Below, one piece after another: positions 46,804 through 56,269 of a DNA stretch of 64,000 bases. The DNA comes from an uncultured Methanosarcinales archaeon (lineage in GTDB: Archaea; Nanobdellota; Nanobdellia; Woesearchaeales; GW2011-AR9): the NCBI GenBank assembly GCA_964373955.1, contig CAYJXA010000001.1, positions 108,301 through 172,300 of the forward strand, in the 5' to 3' direction. The translations under genes were made by a program, and so were the position numbers. Position 1 is the first letter of the stretch, and every line of letters starts with the position of its first letter. The notes below the pieces were generated by a model. That model had not been told where the DNA came from, searched no databases, and worked only from the letters and a program-made list of their open reading frames with translations.

Positions 46804-47172
46804 TTACCTTTTCAGCCCTAACGTTTCAACCTGGCCGTTATTCAACGTAATCAATCGAAAATTTAAGCCCAATTCTAATACTGCTTCTACTACGGCCATG
46901 TGTTCTTTGCCAGAGCCGGAAACCAAATTTATACCTACCTCAAAATCAGAGACTTTTCCTTGAAGCTGTTTCTTAATTTGTTCTACCAGTATCGGAGTTT
47001 CGGCCATAAAATTAAATAAAAGTAATTCGGTGTTGGCAGTGGGTTTAAAATTTTCTTTTCCGAATTCATTCGTAATCAGGAATACCTTGCTCCAAGGCTG
47101 ACTATTCATAATTCGAGTAACTTCACTCCAAGTTCCCTTTCCCGTAGAAAGGCAGGCAATCAAGGTTGGCAT
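46804..47172 (-). CDS. Hypothetical protein
   Basis: 122-aa ORF with an ATG start. Confidence 0.4.
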   Translation of the reverse strand: MPTLIACLSTGKGTWSEVTRIMNSQPWSKVFLITNEFGKENFKPTANTELLLFNFMAETPILVEQIKKQLQGKVSDFEVGINLVSGSGKEHMAVVEAVLELGLNFRLITLNNGQVETLGLKR

Positions 47173-47291
47173 GCGAAGGGGAAAAAGCGAGTACTATAAA
47201 AAATTATGCAAACACTACGTGCCACACCAGCAGTAGTAGGGTGGCCGAAAACACGCTACCCCGTTTTGCTCTCATCATTTATAAACCCCAT

Positions 47292-47312
47292 CAAAAACTA
47301 TTTAAATACAAA
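47292..47312 (+). promoter_or_regulatory. BRE/TATA promoter motif identical to the one at 1359..1379
   Basis: caaaaactaTTTAAATAcaaa about 60 nt upstream of the 47368 ATG. An SD-like gggggtg sits 6 nt before the ATG. Confidence 0.45.
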
Positions 47313-47367
47313 ACTATTCTTACCTCTAAGAAGCATACTTATCAACAAAACAAAAGGGGGTGTGAAC

Positions 47368-47742
47368 ATGGTGGAACAATACGGTAAGAAAATAGTCAAT
47401 AAGCTTATCGCTTATGCCTTTACGATAGGGGTAGTCGTTGCTTTAGTATTGGGATTGATTGCTAATCTAGTCCCAGCCGGCGCAGTGCCTTATCTAACCA
47501 GCTTACTGATCTTAGCAGGGATAGTAGTGGGATTCTTTAACATTACTCCAGCGGAAACGCGGGATTATGTGTTATATGTAACCGCTCTGGTGCTAGTGAC
47601 CAGCTTAAGCAGAGGCGTTTTGGGCCAAATCCAAGGGATCGGGCCATACTTAGAAAGCGTTCTAGCGAGTATTCTTGCCTTCATCCTACCTTCAGTCGTG
47701 ATTGTGGGATTAAAAGCAGTGATGAACTTAGCGAAGAACTAG
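47368..47742 (+). CDS. Small polytopic membrane protein (paralog of 16904..17278)
   Basis: MVEQYGKK... with a C-terminal ..GLKAVMNLAKN block conserved with the paralog. Confidence 0.6.
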   Translation: MVEQYGKKIVNKLIAYAFTIGVVVALVLGLIANLVPAGAVPYLTSLLILAGIVVGFFNITPAETRDYVLYVTALVLVTSLSRGVLGQIQGIGPYLESVLASILAFILPSVVIVGLKAVMNLAKN

Positions 47743-47837
47743 ATTTTTTTTATTTTATTTCTCTTTTTTAATATGGTTTTAGTTAAGAATCTTCTCTCAA
47801 AAGAAAGATTAAAAAAGACTTGAAAAATTCTTCATAC

Positions 47838-48599
47838 ATGATTATCAGCTTCTTTGAAGAATTCCCCACCAGGAAAAATCTCCAAAGGCTAAGACTGGTG
47901 AAATGGCCAGCGAAACTCTATCTGGGCTGCTCTTCCCTCCAAGAATTTAAGAGGATATGCTCAGGAATAAGGAACAGACATTGTAAGGAACTAATTTACT
48001 GGCCCATTCTCAAAAAGAATGAGGGGTATTGGATTTCTCCATTTTCAAAAAGAAAATCTTTGCGGAGGGTTTTTCAGGAATTACATGGTCAGAAAATTCC
48101 CGTGATGCTGGACTTGGAATTGCCGACGACTCAAAACCCCCTATTGTACATAACACAAGCGGTATATTTTTGGGTGAACAAGAGAACTATACAGAACTTC
48201 ATCAGACGCTATGATGGAGAGATTTATCTTGCGGAATACTATCCGGAAGGAAGGAGATCTGAACAGATAATGCTACGGTTAGGATTACATTATTCTAATC
48301 ATAAAGTTAAGTTTATCAAAATGCTGTACCATTCGTTACATCATTTCAGCGATAATTTTCTGCGCCAGGAACTAGAACGAGGCAGGCAGGAGTATAAAGA
48401 GAGGTTTATTCCAGCATACGGAGTAATTGCTCCGGGGATCCAGGGAACAGAAGTGGTGTTATCCCAAGTGCAATTGGAGAAGGACTTACAGCTGGCAAAG
48501 AACGCTGGAGTAAAGGAAGTAATTATTTTTAGGTTAGGCGGGTTGAATAAAGGATACCTCAGAATTGTACAAGAATTTTCTTATAGCAAATCTCCTTAA
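47838..48599 (+). CDS. Hypothetical protein
   Basis: The ORF-track start at 47820 is TTG. The first ATG is at about 47838 (MIISFFEEF). Confidence 0.4.
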   Translation: MIISFFEEFPTRKNLQRLRLVKWPAKLYLGCSSLQEFKRICSGIRNRHCKELIYWPILKKNEGYWISPFSKRKSLRRVFQELHGQKIPVMLDLELPTTQNPLLYITQAVYFWVNKRTIQNFIRRYDGEIYLAEYYPEGRRSEQIMLRLGLHYSNHKVKFIKMLYHSLHHFSDNFLRQELERGRQEYKERFIPAYGVIAPGIQGTEVVLSQVQLEKDLQLAKNAGVKEVIIFRLGGLNKGYLRIVQEFSYSKSP

Positions 48600-48673
48600 T
48601 TATTGAAAATTTGGAAGATTTGCTAGAATAGTAAATCGTAATTAAAAAGTTCTTGGATGATTTCGATTTACTA

Positions 48674-49759
48674 TTAGAACAAATACTTCCCAAACCTCAA
48701 AAACCGCGGTTCCTTGAATAACGACTTCAAAACAAGGGGAATGGGATTATCTCTAGTATGCTGCTCAAACACTTTCTGAATGCGAGGTTGATTAATATAC
48801 GCTACTAAGCGATCCCAATCTTCGTCAGTAAACTTGTCAAAGATCTTGTGCACTTGCAAATGCAGCCACATTTTCTTCCGAACAGGTGCAATCTCCTTTT
48901 CGTAATTCTTACTGTTAATAATGCAATCTGCGAGTATCTTCGCCTGCTGTAATCCGGGCACTAAACCACCCAAAGTAGTTGCTTTTACGTACGTAGACGC
49001 ATCTCCCACCAAATAGCAATTCTCATGCTGCAGCTTCTGGCGAGGATGATACACAGGAATAGCTCCAGCTTGAATTTCTTTTGCCACAAAATTATGCTCG
49101 TTCATAAATTTGTCAAAATAATGCTTAGAGTTTTTAACTGTCGCTAAACCGACCCGAGCAATGGTTGCTGATTCCGGAACTACCCAGGCAAATAATCCGG
49201 GGCAAATTTCATTGCCAAAATATGTTTTGATGGCATGTGGTTCAAATTTTCCTTCTACTGTCGCTTGGACACCATAAAAATTAATCCTCTCTGGGTTATG
49301 GAAGCCGTATGCTTTTGCTGTCGGTGATAAAGGCCCATCTGCAGCAATGACAATGTCGGGAGTGATTACTCTCTCTACCTTATTCACCGAATCTTTAATG
49401 ATGATATTCTTCCCTTCTTTACGCGTGAAAGAATGATTCAAATGAAGCGTAGCACCTGCTTTGATAGCCATTTCCACAAAAAAAGTATCAAATTTGGTCC
49501 GATGGACAATATAATCTTTCTGTTTCACCGCTAATTGCTGACGGGGGGTTATCACTTCAATTTTATCAATAGTATTAACCAAATAAGAATCCATGGGAAA
49601 GCCAAATTCATCAAAATCGGAGGTTAGAATGCCCGTGCATTGAATGGGGCAGCCCACTTGGGAATGATTTTCATAGATACTAACGAAATTACCTGCTTTT
49701 GCTAACAAATAACCTGCATAACCGCCGATAGGGCCTGCTCCGATGATGGCGATGTTCAT
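48674..49759 (-). CDS. Geranylgeranyl reductase family flavoprotein (archaeal lipid saturation type)
   Basis: MNIAIIGAGPIGGYAGYLLAKAG FAD-binding Rossmann motif plus the GGR family body. Start set at the inner Met. Confidence 0.8.
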   Translation of the reverse strand: MNIAIIGAGPIGGYAGYLLAKAGNFVSIYENHSQVGCPIQCTGILTSDFDEFGFPMDSYLVNTIDKIEVITPRQQLAVKQKDYIVHRTKFDTFFVEMAIKAGATLHLNHSFTRKEGKNIIIKDSVNKVERVITPDIVIAADGPLSPTAKAYGFHNPERINFYGVQATVEGKFEPHAIKTYFGNEICPGLFAWVVPESATIARVGLATVKNSKHYFDKFMNEHNFVAKEIQAGAIPVYHPRQKLQHENCYLVGDASTYVKATTLGGLVPGLQQAKILADCIINSKNYEKEIAPVRKKMWLHLQVHKIFDKFTDEDWDRLVAYINQPRIQKVFEQHTRDNPIPLVLKSLFKEPRFLRFGKYLF

Positions 49760-49805
49760 GAAAAGATTCTTACTTATAGACGGTATAAAAATGTTGTTAA
49801 ACAAC

Positions 49806-50450
49806 TTACCGCGAAAGAACACAATACCTCACAAAGAAGCTGCCGCCCTCGGGATTATTTTCTTGGAATTCCAATGCATACATTAAATGAGGATCTTTTC
49901 TGGCTTGAGTGTACAATTTACTTCGCTCATCTAATTGAATGCGTATACCACTATCGATAATGGCAGTAGAACCCTCTGGAAGGGTAACTGTTCCGATATC
50001 AATTCTGTCTTTGTTGCAAGGAATGGAGCAATAGAAAGTTAAATTGGTGATGTAACCGCTAGCAGTTTGCGCAATGGAACCTTCAGAACCAATACGTCTG
50101 TGTACGGTATTATCAACTAATCTATGGGTTAGCTTCCTGCCTTCAAATTGCTCAAAATTGCACCGGCTGATTTCTACATAGCCGGAATGATTAACTCCAT
50201 AATGACCAAAGGGAAACCAAAACGGCCAAGGGTCAAATTCAGAAAGACATTCATCACTTGCCTTATCTAAAGGTAGAACTGCATATACCGAAGCTTGCTG
50301 GCATTGACTCTCTAAAGACTGTGGCAAGCATTGTAGCGTTTCTTGACACCTAGGTCCAATTGCTGCGTCGGGAGAAGGGGGAGAAGCATCTCCACAATAG
50401 GCTAGAGCCGACAGCAGCATTGCTCTCCATAATGATAATTTTCTTGCCAT
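49806..50450 (-). CDS. Secreted Cys-containing hypothetical protein
   Basis: Signal peptide MARKLSLWRAMLLSALAYCG. Its 3' end overlaps the GGR ORF-track frame. Confidence 0.45.
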   Translation of the reverse strand: MARKLSLWRAMLLSALAYCGDASPPSPDAAIGPRCQETLQCLPQSLESQCQQASVYAVLPLDKASDECLSEFDPWPFWFPFGHYGVNHSGYVEISRCNFEQFEGRKLTHRLVDNTVHRRIGSEGSIAQTASGYITNLTFYCSIPCNKDRIDIGTVTLPEGSTAIIDSGIRIQLDERSKLYTQARKDPHLMYALEFQENNPEGGSFFVRYCVLSR

Positions 50451-50557
50451 AGGAGCTTAAAATACCATCTAATCTTTAAAAGATTCGTAAGAAGAATTAA
50501 AGTTAAATTAAAAAAATAAAAAAAGATTTGGAGGAAAGATCAACGAGCGTACTACGC

Positions 50558-51835
50558 TTAGTAGTACGTCTTTTCTTCTTCCTCGCCGTCTTTTCGCAGT
50601 CTGCTAAACCCGATTATCAAGCCGATTATAACCAGTAAAACTACCAGCACAATTAAGGCTATTTCTAATCCGTTTCGCAGGCTTAGGCTTTGTTGGCCTG
50701 ACTGAGGCTGAGCTCCAACGACGTTTGCATTCAGGGTCACTGTTTGCAATACTTCATTGTTAGCGCTTACAGTCATGGACACTGGATATTGTCCAGCAGG
50801 AGCATTTCCTGCAGCAGCAACTTGAACATAGACGACTTTGGTCTTGCCAGCTTCCAGAACCACTAAGCTATCACTTAATGAGGTAGTAGCCCAGCTTCCC
50901 GTAGTTGCAGCTAAAACATACGCTTTAGAGCGAGTTCCAGGGTTGTTTAAGGCAACTGCGTACGTAGCAGTACTGCCCGCGGCAACATTTTGGGTTTCCG
51001 GACCAACCGCTAATACTAAAGTGTCTTCGCTATCTTGAGCATCTTGGAACAACTCATTCGCTAACACATTCACGGAGTATGTTTTGGTAACGGTATCATA
51101 TTGATTAAACTCAGCAGTTACTTCCACATTGTATTCTCCAGCGGCTGCATTAGCAGGGATGGACAAGAACATTTCAGGAACGTCTTCGTATTCAACATCA
51201 TCGGTGTCAGCTTCCACGTCAACATATTCAACTGCGCTTACGCCCAATTGAGGGATGCTCACGGTAACTTTGACATCATTTTCGTCCCTATCTCCATAGT
51301 TCTCTAAGAGAACGGTGGTAAGCAAGGATCGTCCTGCTTTAACAGTGTTTCCCGGTGAAAAGGAAACGTCAGCAATGTCTAAGCCATGTCGGGGCGATTC
51401 AACCGCTAAAATGACATCTTGGTAAAGAGCTTCGGTATTTCTATCTAATACTCTCAAGCGAAGCAGATATTGATCGCTGTCGAGCTGCCGAGGCATTTCA
51501 ACGTCTAAGGTAACATATTTGGTCGTGCCAGGCGCAATGTCGAAAACAGGGGTGGAATCTTCCAAAGTTTGTCGATCGGAATATTCGTATCCACTAATTC
51601 TGGCTTCAACTTCAATATTTTGTGCACCAGCTACAGCTTCTAAACCTACTCTCACATGCAAGGTTTCTCCTTCTTCAACCGCAAGAACGGTTGGACTTGC
51701 CGGATCCGTATTTATTTCGTCGCCATTAATCTTAACTGTTCCCCAATCAAGATTAGTGCTGTCTAAAGCGCTAACCATGGAGATAGTTAACAAACTAATG
51801 ACGAACAACGCCATTATACTTAACAACTTTCTCAT
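50558..51835 (-). CDS. Cell-surface protein with signal peptide, Ig/CARDB-like beta domains and C-terminal TM anchor
   Basis: MRKLLSIMALFVISLLTISMVSA signal. C-terminal hydrophobic helix then KDGEEEEKTYY. Confidence 0.55.
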   Translation of the reverse strand: MRKLLSIMALFVISLLTISMVSALDSTNLDWGTVKINGDEINTDPASPTVLAVEEGETLHVRVGLEAVAGAQNIEVEARISGYEYSDRQTLEDSTPVFDIAPGTTKYVTLDVEMPRQLDSDQYLLRLRVLDRNTEALYQDVILAVESPRHGLDIADVSFSPGNTVKAGRSLLTTVLLENYGDRDENDVKVTVSIPQLGVSAVEYVDVEADTDDVEYEDVPEMFLSIPANAAAGEYNVEVTAEFNQYDTVTKTYSVNVLANELFQDAQDSEDTLVLAVGPETQNVAAGSTATYAVALNNPGTRSKAYVLAATTGSWATTSLSDSLVVLEAGKTKVVYVQVAAAGNAPAGQYPVSMTVSANNEVLQTVTLNANVVGAQPQSGQQSLSLRNGLEIALIVLVVLLVIIGLIIGFSRLRKDGEEEEKTYY

Positions 51836-51968
51836 TTTTCTTCCTCCAAATCTTTTAAGATTGTTTGATTATTACTTTAAGGCTTGAAAGAGCCCTTATT
51901 TATAAATGTTTCGGATTTTAGTATCCTAAAGTGATTACATGATGTACCCATCAAAAAATGAATACCCT

Positions 51969-54632
51969 CTACACTACCGTAACCAGGCGATACGTAGAGG
52001 ACCTGCTTTCGCCGTTGCCGACGGACACTTTGATCAGATACTCACCGGGAACAGCATCGTACGGGATCTCTACCGTCAGCAATTTATTGACACTCCTTCC
52101 ATCGCGAAGGTCAAACTCAGCACTGGCTCGATACACGTTCAAATCGTACATCATCACGCTGATTTGCAAATCTTCTAAATCTTCCTCGCCTTCATTTCTG
52201 ACGCCGACTCGCAGCAAAAGCATATCGCCGGCAACTACTTCTTCCGTTGCCAAATGTACGCTGGTAAAGCGGATATCATTGGTAGGAGCAGCATAGCGGC
52301 AATTGCCCACGTCTAAGGTGGCGCGGGAATTGTAATTCAAAGCGGTCGGATCAGTGCAGCCTAAGACATCGACGGGAAGCTCGTCCTCATCGCAAACGCC
52401 ATTACTGTTTTCATCAGGACAGGGAGGTACTTCCTCATCATCGCAAATACCATTCCCATTAGCATCAATGCATTCATCAACGGTATCACAAATGCCGTCT
52501 TCGTCGACATCTGCAGGACAGGGAGGGACATCCTCTTCGCAAGCATCTCCTATACCATCCCCGTCGCTATCTGCTTGAGTGGGGTTAAAGACTGCTGGAC
52601 AATTATCTTCATCATCGTTAATTCCATCCCCGTCGCTATCTTCTTCAGAGTCATAAACACAACTTGCTGGATCAGAGATCCCAGCGAAAGGATTGTAATT
52701 GAGAGCCGCTGGATCAAGGCAACCTGATTCTTCTTCATCACAGGTTCCATTACTATTTCCATCAGCGCATACTTCTTCCTCATCGCAAACGCCATTACTA
52801 TTTTCATCAGGACAAATTTCATCTTCATCGCAGATGCCGTTGCCGTTGGTATCGGGGCAGGGAGGCGCTTCTTCGTCATCGCAGATCCCATTGCCATTTA
52901 CATCCGGACAAGGAGGGACTTCTTCATCATCGCAAATGCCATTTCCATTTATGTCGGGACATGGTTCTTCGTATTCACAGCTACCATCGTCAGTAGTTGC
53001 TTCGGGATTATAATTAGTAGCGGTAGCATCCGTACACCCAGGAACTTCTACGACGGGAAGATCTTCAATAGTTATGGAAATGCTTTCAAAGTCTTCTAAT
53101 TCACCATCAGAAACAATAAAAGTAACTTCATATACTCCGGATTGTGCTAAGCCGGGAGTCCAGGTGAAAGTAGCAGTACCGTCTCCATTATCAATAAAAG
53201 TTGCTCCGACATCCACGAGATCAAGATCTTCAGCCTCGAAAGTTAACGCATCTCCATCAGGGTCGATAGCAGTAAGTAGTAATTCAAGTGTTTCACCTTC
53301 CGTAACCGTTTGATCGCCAATAGGCGCTAAAACGGGTGGCCTATTTACATTGCCTACACTAATAGTAATTGTTTCCGTATCAATTAAAGAGCCATCGGTA
53401 ATAGTGAACGTAACTTCATAATTTCCCGTTTGTTCAAAGGTGGGCGTCCAGCTGAAAGTTTGGGTTACTGCATCAAACGTAGCTCCTTCCGGAAGTCCGC
53501 TTGCAGAGAACGCAACCGCATCTCCATCCGGATCACTGCCGCTTACCGTGAACGTTAACAATTCCATCTCCGCTACACTTTGATCGCCAATGAGATCAAG
53601 CACCGGAGCGCGATTGGTATTGGCAACAGTAATAGTAAATTCTTGTTCTACACTATCAAAGCCATCGGAAACTCGAATGGTAACATCATGATCACCAGCA
53701 TCATTATAGTCTGGAGTCCAACGGAGACGCTGCAATTTGTCAATCGTCATCCCTGTAGGATATGTGGTCAAAGTATATGTTAAATCGTCTTCCGGGTCAG
53801 CATCGCTGGCGGTAACAGTATAACTATAAAGAGAACCTTCGGCTGCTTCCGTAACCGGCGTGGAGGTAATCGCAGGAATTCTGTTGACATCATGAACTCT
53901 AATAGTAATATATTCATCGGGAGAATAATTCTCGCCATCGAATGCGCGTAGTACTAAAGTAAGGGTTCTTTCTTCACTCGGATGTTGAACTTCATCATAC
54001 TCAGGAGTGTAGGTGATGCTGGTGATTACGCCGCTCTCTCGAACTGCACTCACATCAGCATCAACCAAAGGCAGATTCCAGCATGAAGAGCCAAAACCTA
54101 CGTTGATACAATATCGTTGAAGTAAAGCTACCTCTAAATCATCCCCATCTTGATCAACAGTAACAATTCGGGGAATCCATAACGTTTCTTCCTCATTAAC
54201 ATCATAATTGTCGGGCCACACTGAAACTGCAGGAACGGTATCGACGTTTAAGTTAAGATATTGAAAATCTTCTCCTTCTGTATTCATCACATGAACCCTA
54301 ACAATATAATCTCCCGCAAGTCCCTCGGTGTTAACTGTAAATTCTTGAATATAGGGATCATCAATATCCGCAGCAACAGTAGAATCAGCAAAAACAGTTC
54401 TTACAATAGTGCTTCCACGCAAAACATCAATCCATAGGCCGATATTTTCGGTACTGGTGACGTACACTAACAATTCAGCATTTTCACCTTGATCGACAGA
54501 TAAAGAATCATCGCCATTAGCGGTCCATTCACTGGTCAAATCAATAGTGTGATCTGCATATGCCAATGAGATTATTGTACTAGCTATTAAAATGAATGCA
54601 ATTATTCCCCCTAGGATTTTACTTGTTTTCAT
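51969..54632 (-). CDS. Surface protein with tandem thrombospondin type-3-like Ca-binding repeats and Ig-like/cadherin-like domains
   Basis: Signal peptide. At least 10 repeats of CPDxNGNGICDDEExPP and DSDGDGINDDEDNCPAVFNPTQADSDGDGIGDACE (TSP3 consensus DxDxDGxxDxxDNCP..N..Q.D.D.DG.GD.CD). Confidence 0.7.
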   Translation of the reverse strand: MKTSKILGGIIAFILIASTIISLAYADHTIDLTSEWTANGDDSLSVDQGENAELLVYVTSTENIGLWIDVLRGSTIVRTVFADSTVAADIDDPYIQEFTVNTEGLAGDYIVRVHVMNTEGEDFQYLNLNVDTVPAVSVWPDNYDVNEEETLWIPRIVTVDQDGDDLEVALLQRYCINVGFGSSCWNLPLVDADVSAVRESGVITSITYTPEYDEVQHPSEERTLTLVLRAFDGENYSPDEYITIRVHDVNRIPAITSTPVTEAAEGSLYSYTVTASDADPEDDLTYTLTTYPTGMTIDKLQRLRWTPDYNDAGDHDVTIRVSDGFDSVEQEFTITVANTNRAPVLDLIGDQSVAEMELLTFTVSGSDPDGDAVAFSASGLPEGATFDAVTQTFSWTPTFEQTGNYEVTFTITDGSLIDTETITISVGNVNRPPVLAPIGDQTVTEGETLELLLTAIDPDGDALTFEAEDLDLVDVGATFIDNGDGTATFTWTPGLAQSGVYEVTFIVSDGELEDFESISITIEDLPVVEVPGCTDATATNYNPEATTDDGSCEYEEPCPDINGNGICDDEEVPPCPDVNGNGICDDEEAPPCPDTNGNGICDEDEICPDENSNGVCDEEEVCADGNSNGTCDEEESGCLDPAALNYNPFAGISDPASCVYDSEEDSDGDGINDDEDNCPAVFNPTQADSDGDGIGDACEEDVPPCPADVDEDGICDTVDECIDANGNGICDDEEVPPCPDENSNGVCDEDELPVDVLGCTDPTALNYNSRATLDVGNCRYAAPTNDIRFTSVHLATEEVVAGDMLLLRVGVRNEGEEDLEDLQISVMMYDLNVYRASAEFDLRDGRSVNKLLTVEIPYDAVPGEYLIKVSVGNGESRSSTYRLVTVV
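52380..52960 (-). repeat. Tandem DNA repeats encoding the TSP3-like motif array
   Basis: Recurrent units ttcctcatcgcaaa(c/t)gccatt(a/c)c...tcaggacagggagg within the gene. Confidence 0.5.
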
Positions 54633-54695
54633 GGTTTACCTCACGAACTAATTAAAACACACCAGAAACCACTTTACATTAAAAAATAAAAATAA

Positions 54696-56252
54696 TTAAA
54701 ATGTGCCCAAGAGGCTGAATGCAAATTCTGCACGATTGTTTTGGACATCGATTTGCGCCGTTCCTCGTACTCCAACTGCATAACCATCTCTATTTCCATC
54801 ACGGAAGAGATCAACTGCAACCCCTGGAGCAACACCGTAACTTCTGGTGCTACCTGATTCTGCGCAAGCATCATTTGAGTCAGTGCCACAGCTAACTGCA
54901 TGTGGTTCACCAACAGCTCTACCATCCGCATCAAACAATTGCGACGTTCTCGTTCGAGCAACGGCAACTTCTCTATCGCTTGCGGTAAGGTCAACAATGC
55001 CACTAACTCCTGGAACCCATTTTTGACTAGGTTTCCAAGGTGTTCCTACTCGTAACTGAGCATGACCACGATAATGGTCAGTTGTTCCTCTCGTTCCAAT
55101 CATAGAAGAATCTTCTCGGTAATCTCCTTGAGGTTGGGATTGTGCTACGGGATCCAGATCGGAGGTGTCTGTAACTGCTCCGCCATGTCCAACTCCGCCG
55201 CCTAAGCCAACGGTGACGGAATCCCCTCGGTAGGTAACTGCAGCAACGACTGCGCCAGCAGCTGCTCCTCGATATCCTGCTTGCACTCCTGCTTCCAGCC
55301 AGATGCGTCGAGTATTATCATGATGTCCGAAGACGTTACGAGTAATCCGTTGTTCGAGTTCATGATAAGCTGCATCGTAAGCACCAGTTGCTTGGGTGCA
55401 TTGTCTTGCGACTGCATCCGCATGTTCTCTTCGCGCAGGTAATCCTCGTTGCCGTCTTTCAAGTTCTCGACGAAGTTCAATAGCTCTTAAAGCTCTACCC
55501 TCATCAGTTAAACCTTGTTCACTGGCAAGAGCATCAATTCTCGCAGAGAGAGAAGCTGCTTCCTGTGCAACGGCACTTTCTTCTCGCGCAACATCACGCT
55601 GAGCTTGATATGCTCCAGCACAAGTATCTTTCATTTTTTGTGCAATTCCAGCTAATCGTGCAAATTCAGGGGTTAATGCTTCCCTAAAAATTCTATGCAT
55701 ATATTGTGTGGTTGGATCTTTTTCCATTCTGTCCACTCTTACTACCAGATCTTCATAGCCTTCTAATCTCTCCACAAGCCCAGTAAGACTTGCTAAAAGG
55801 CCTTCTTGAGCAGCAGAAACACTTTGTTGATTTCGTTCAAGTGCATCTTGTCGTCCTGCTAAATCATCCTGGCGTTCACTTAATCCTACAACACCTTGAC
55901 CTAAAGCATCAACCGCACTTTGAAGACCGCTATAATCCTCGCCAGTTCTTTCTTGCAAAGCATCAATTCTTTCCTGTAAGCGTTGTAATTCGGCTTCATA
56001 ATCCGCATGCGTATGAGGATGTTCATGCGCTCGCACTGCTGGAGCAACTGCTCTTTTTCGTGCAGGTCTCTTTGCAGGTGCTGCTGGAGCTGCAGGACTT
56101 GGGGCTGCAGCAGCTGGTGAACCGCCAGGAACGAAAGTCCCGCCTTGCGTACCATCATCTGCAAACGCAGTTGCGGAAAGTAATGAAATTCCAACTGCTG
56201 CTGCAGGAGCTAAAACATATTCTCCAATCATTCTGGTTAATGAATTTGACAT
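54696..56252 (-). CDS. Secreted Ala/Arg-rich protein: signal peptide, long coiled coil, Gly/beta-rich C-terminal domain ending in Phe (bacterial OMP-like terminus)
   Basis: LAPAAAVGISLLSATAFADD signal. Heptad-rich middle. C-terminus ..NNRAEFAFSLLGTF. Confidence 0.5.
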   Translation of the reverse strand: MSNSLTRMIGEYVLAPAAAVGISLLSATAFADDGTQGGTFVPGGSPAAAAPSPAAPAAPAKRPARKRAVAPAVRAHEHPHTHADYEAELQRLQERIDALQERTGEDYSGLQSAVDALGQGVVGLSERQDDLAGRQDALERNQQSVSAAQEGLLASLTGLVERLEGYEDLVVRVDRMEKDPTTQYMHRIFREALTPEFARLAGIAQKMKDTCAGAYQAQRDVAREESAVAQEAASLSARIDALASEQGLTDEGRALRAIELRRELERRQRGLPARREHADAVARQCTQATGAYDAAYHELEQRITRNVFGHHDNTRRIWLEAGVQAGYRGAAAGAVVAAVTYRGDSVTVGLGGGVGHGGAVTDTSDLDPVAQSQPQGDYREDSSMIGTRGTTDHYRGHAQLRVGTPWKPSQKWVPGVSGIVDLTASDREVAVARTRTSQLFDADGRAVGEPHAVSCGTDSNDACAESGSTRSYGVAPGVAVDLFRDGNRDGYAVGVRGTAQIDVQNNRAEFAFSLLGTF

Positions 56253-56269
56253 TTTATTTTTTCCTCCAC

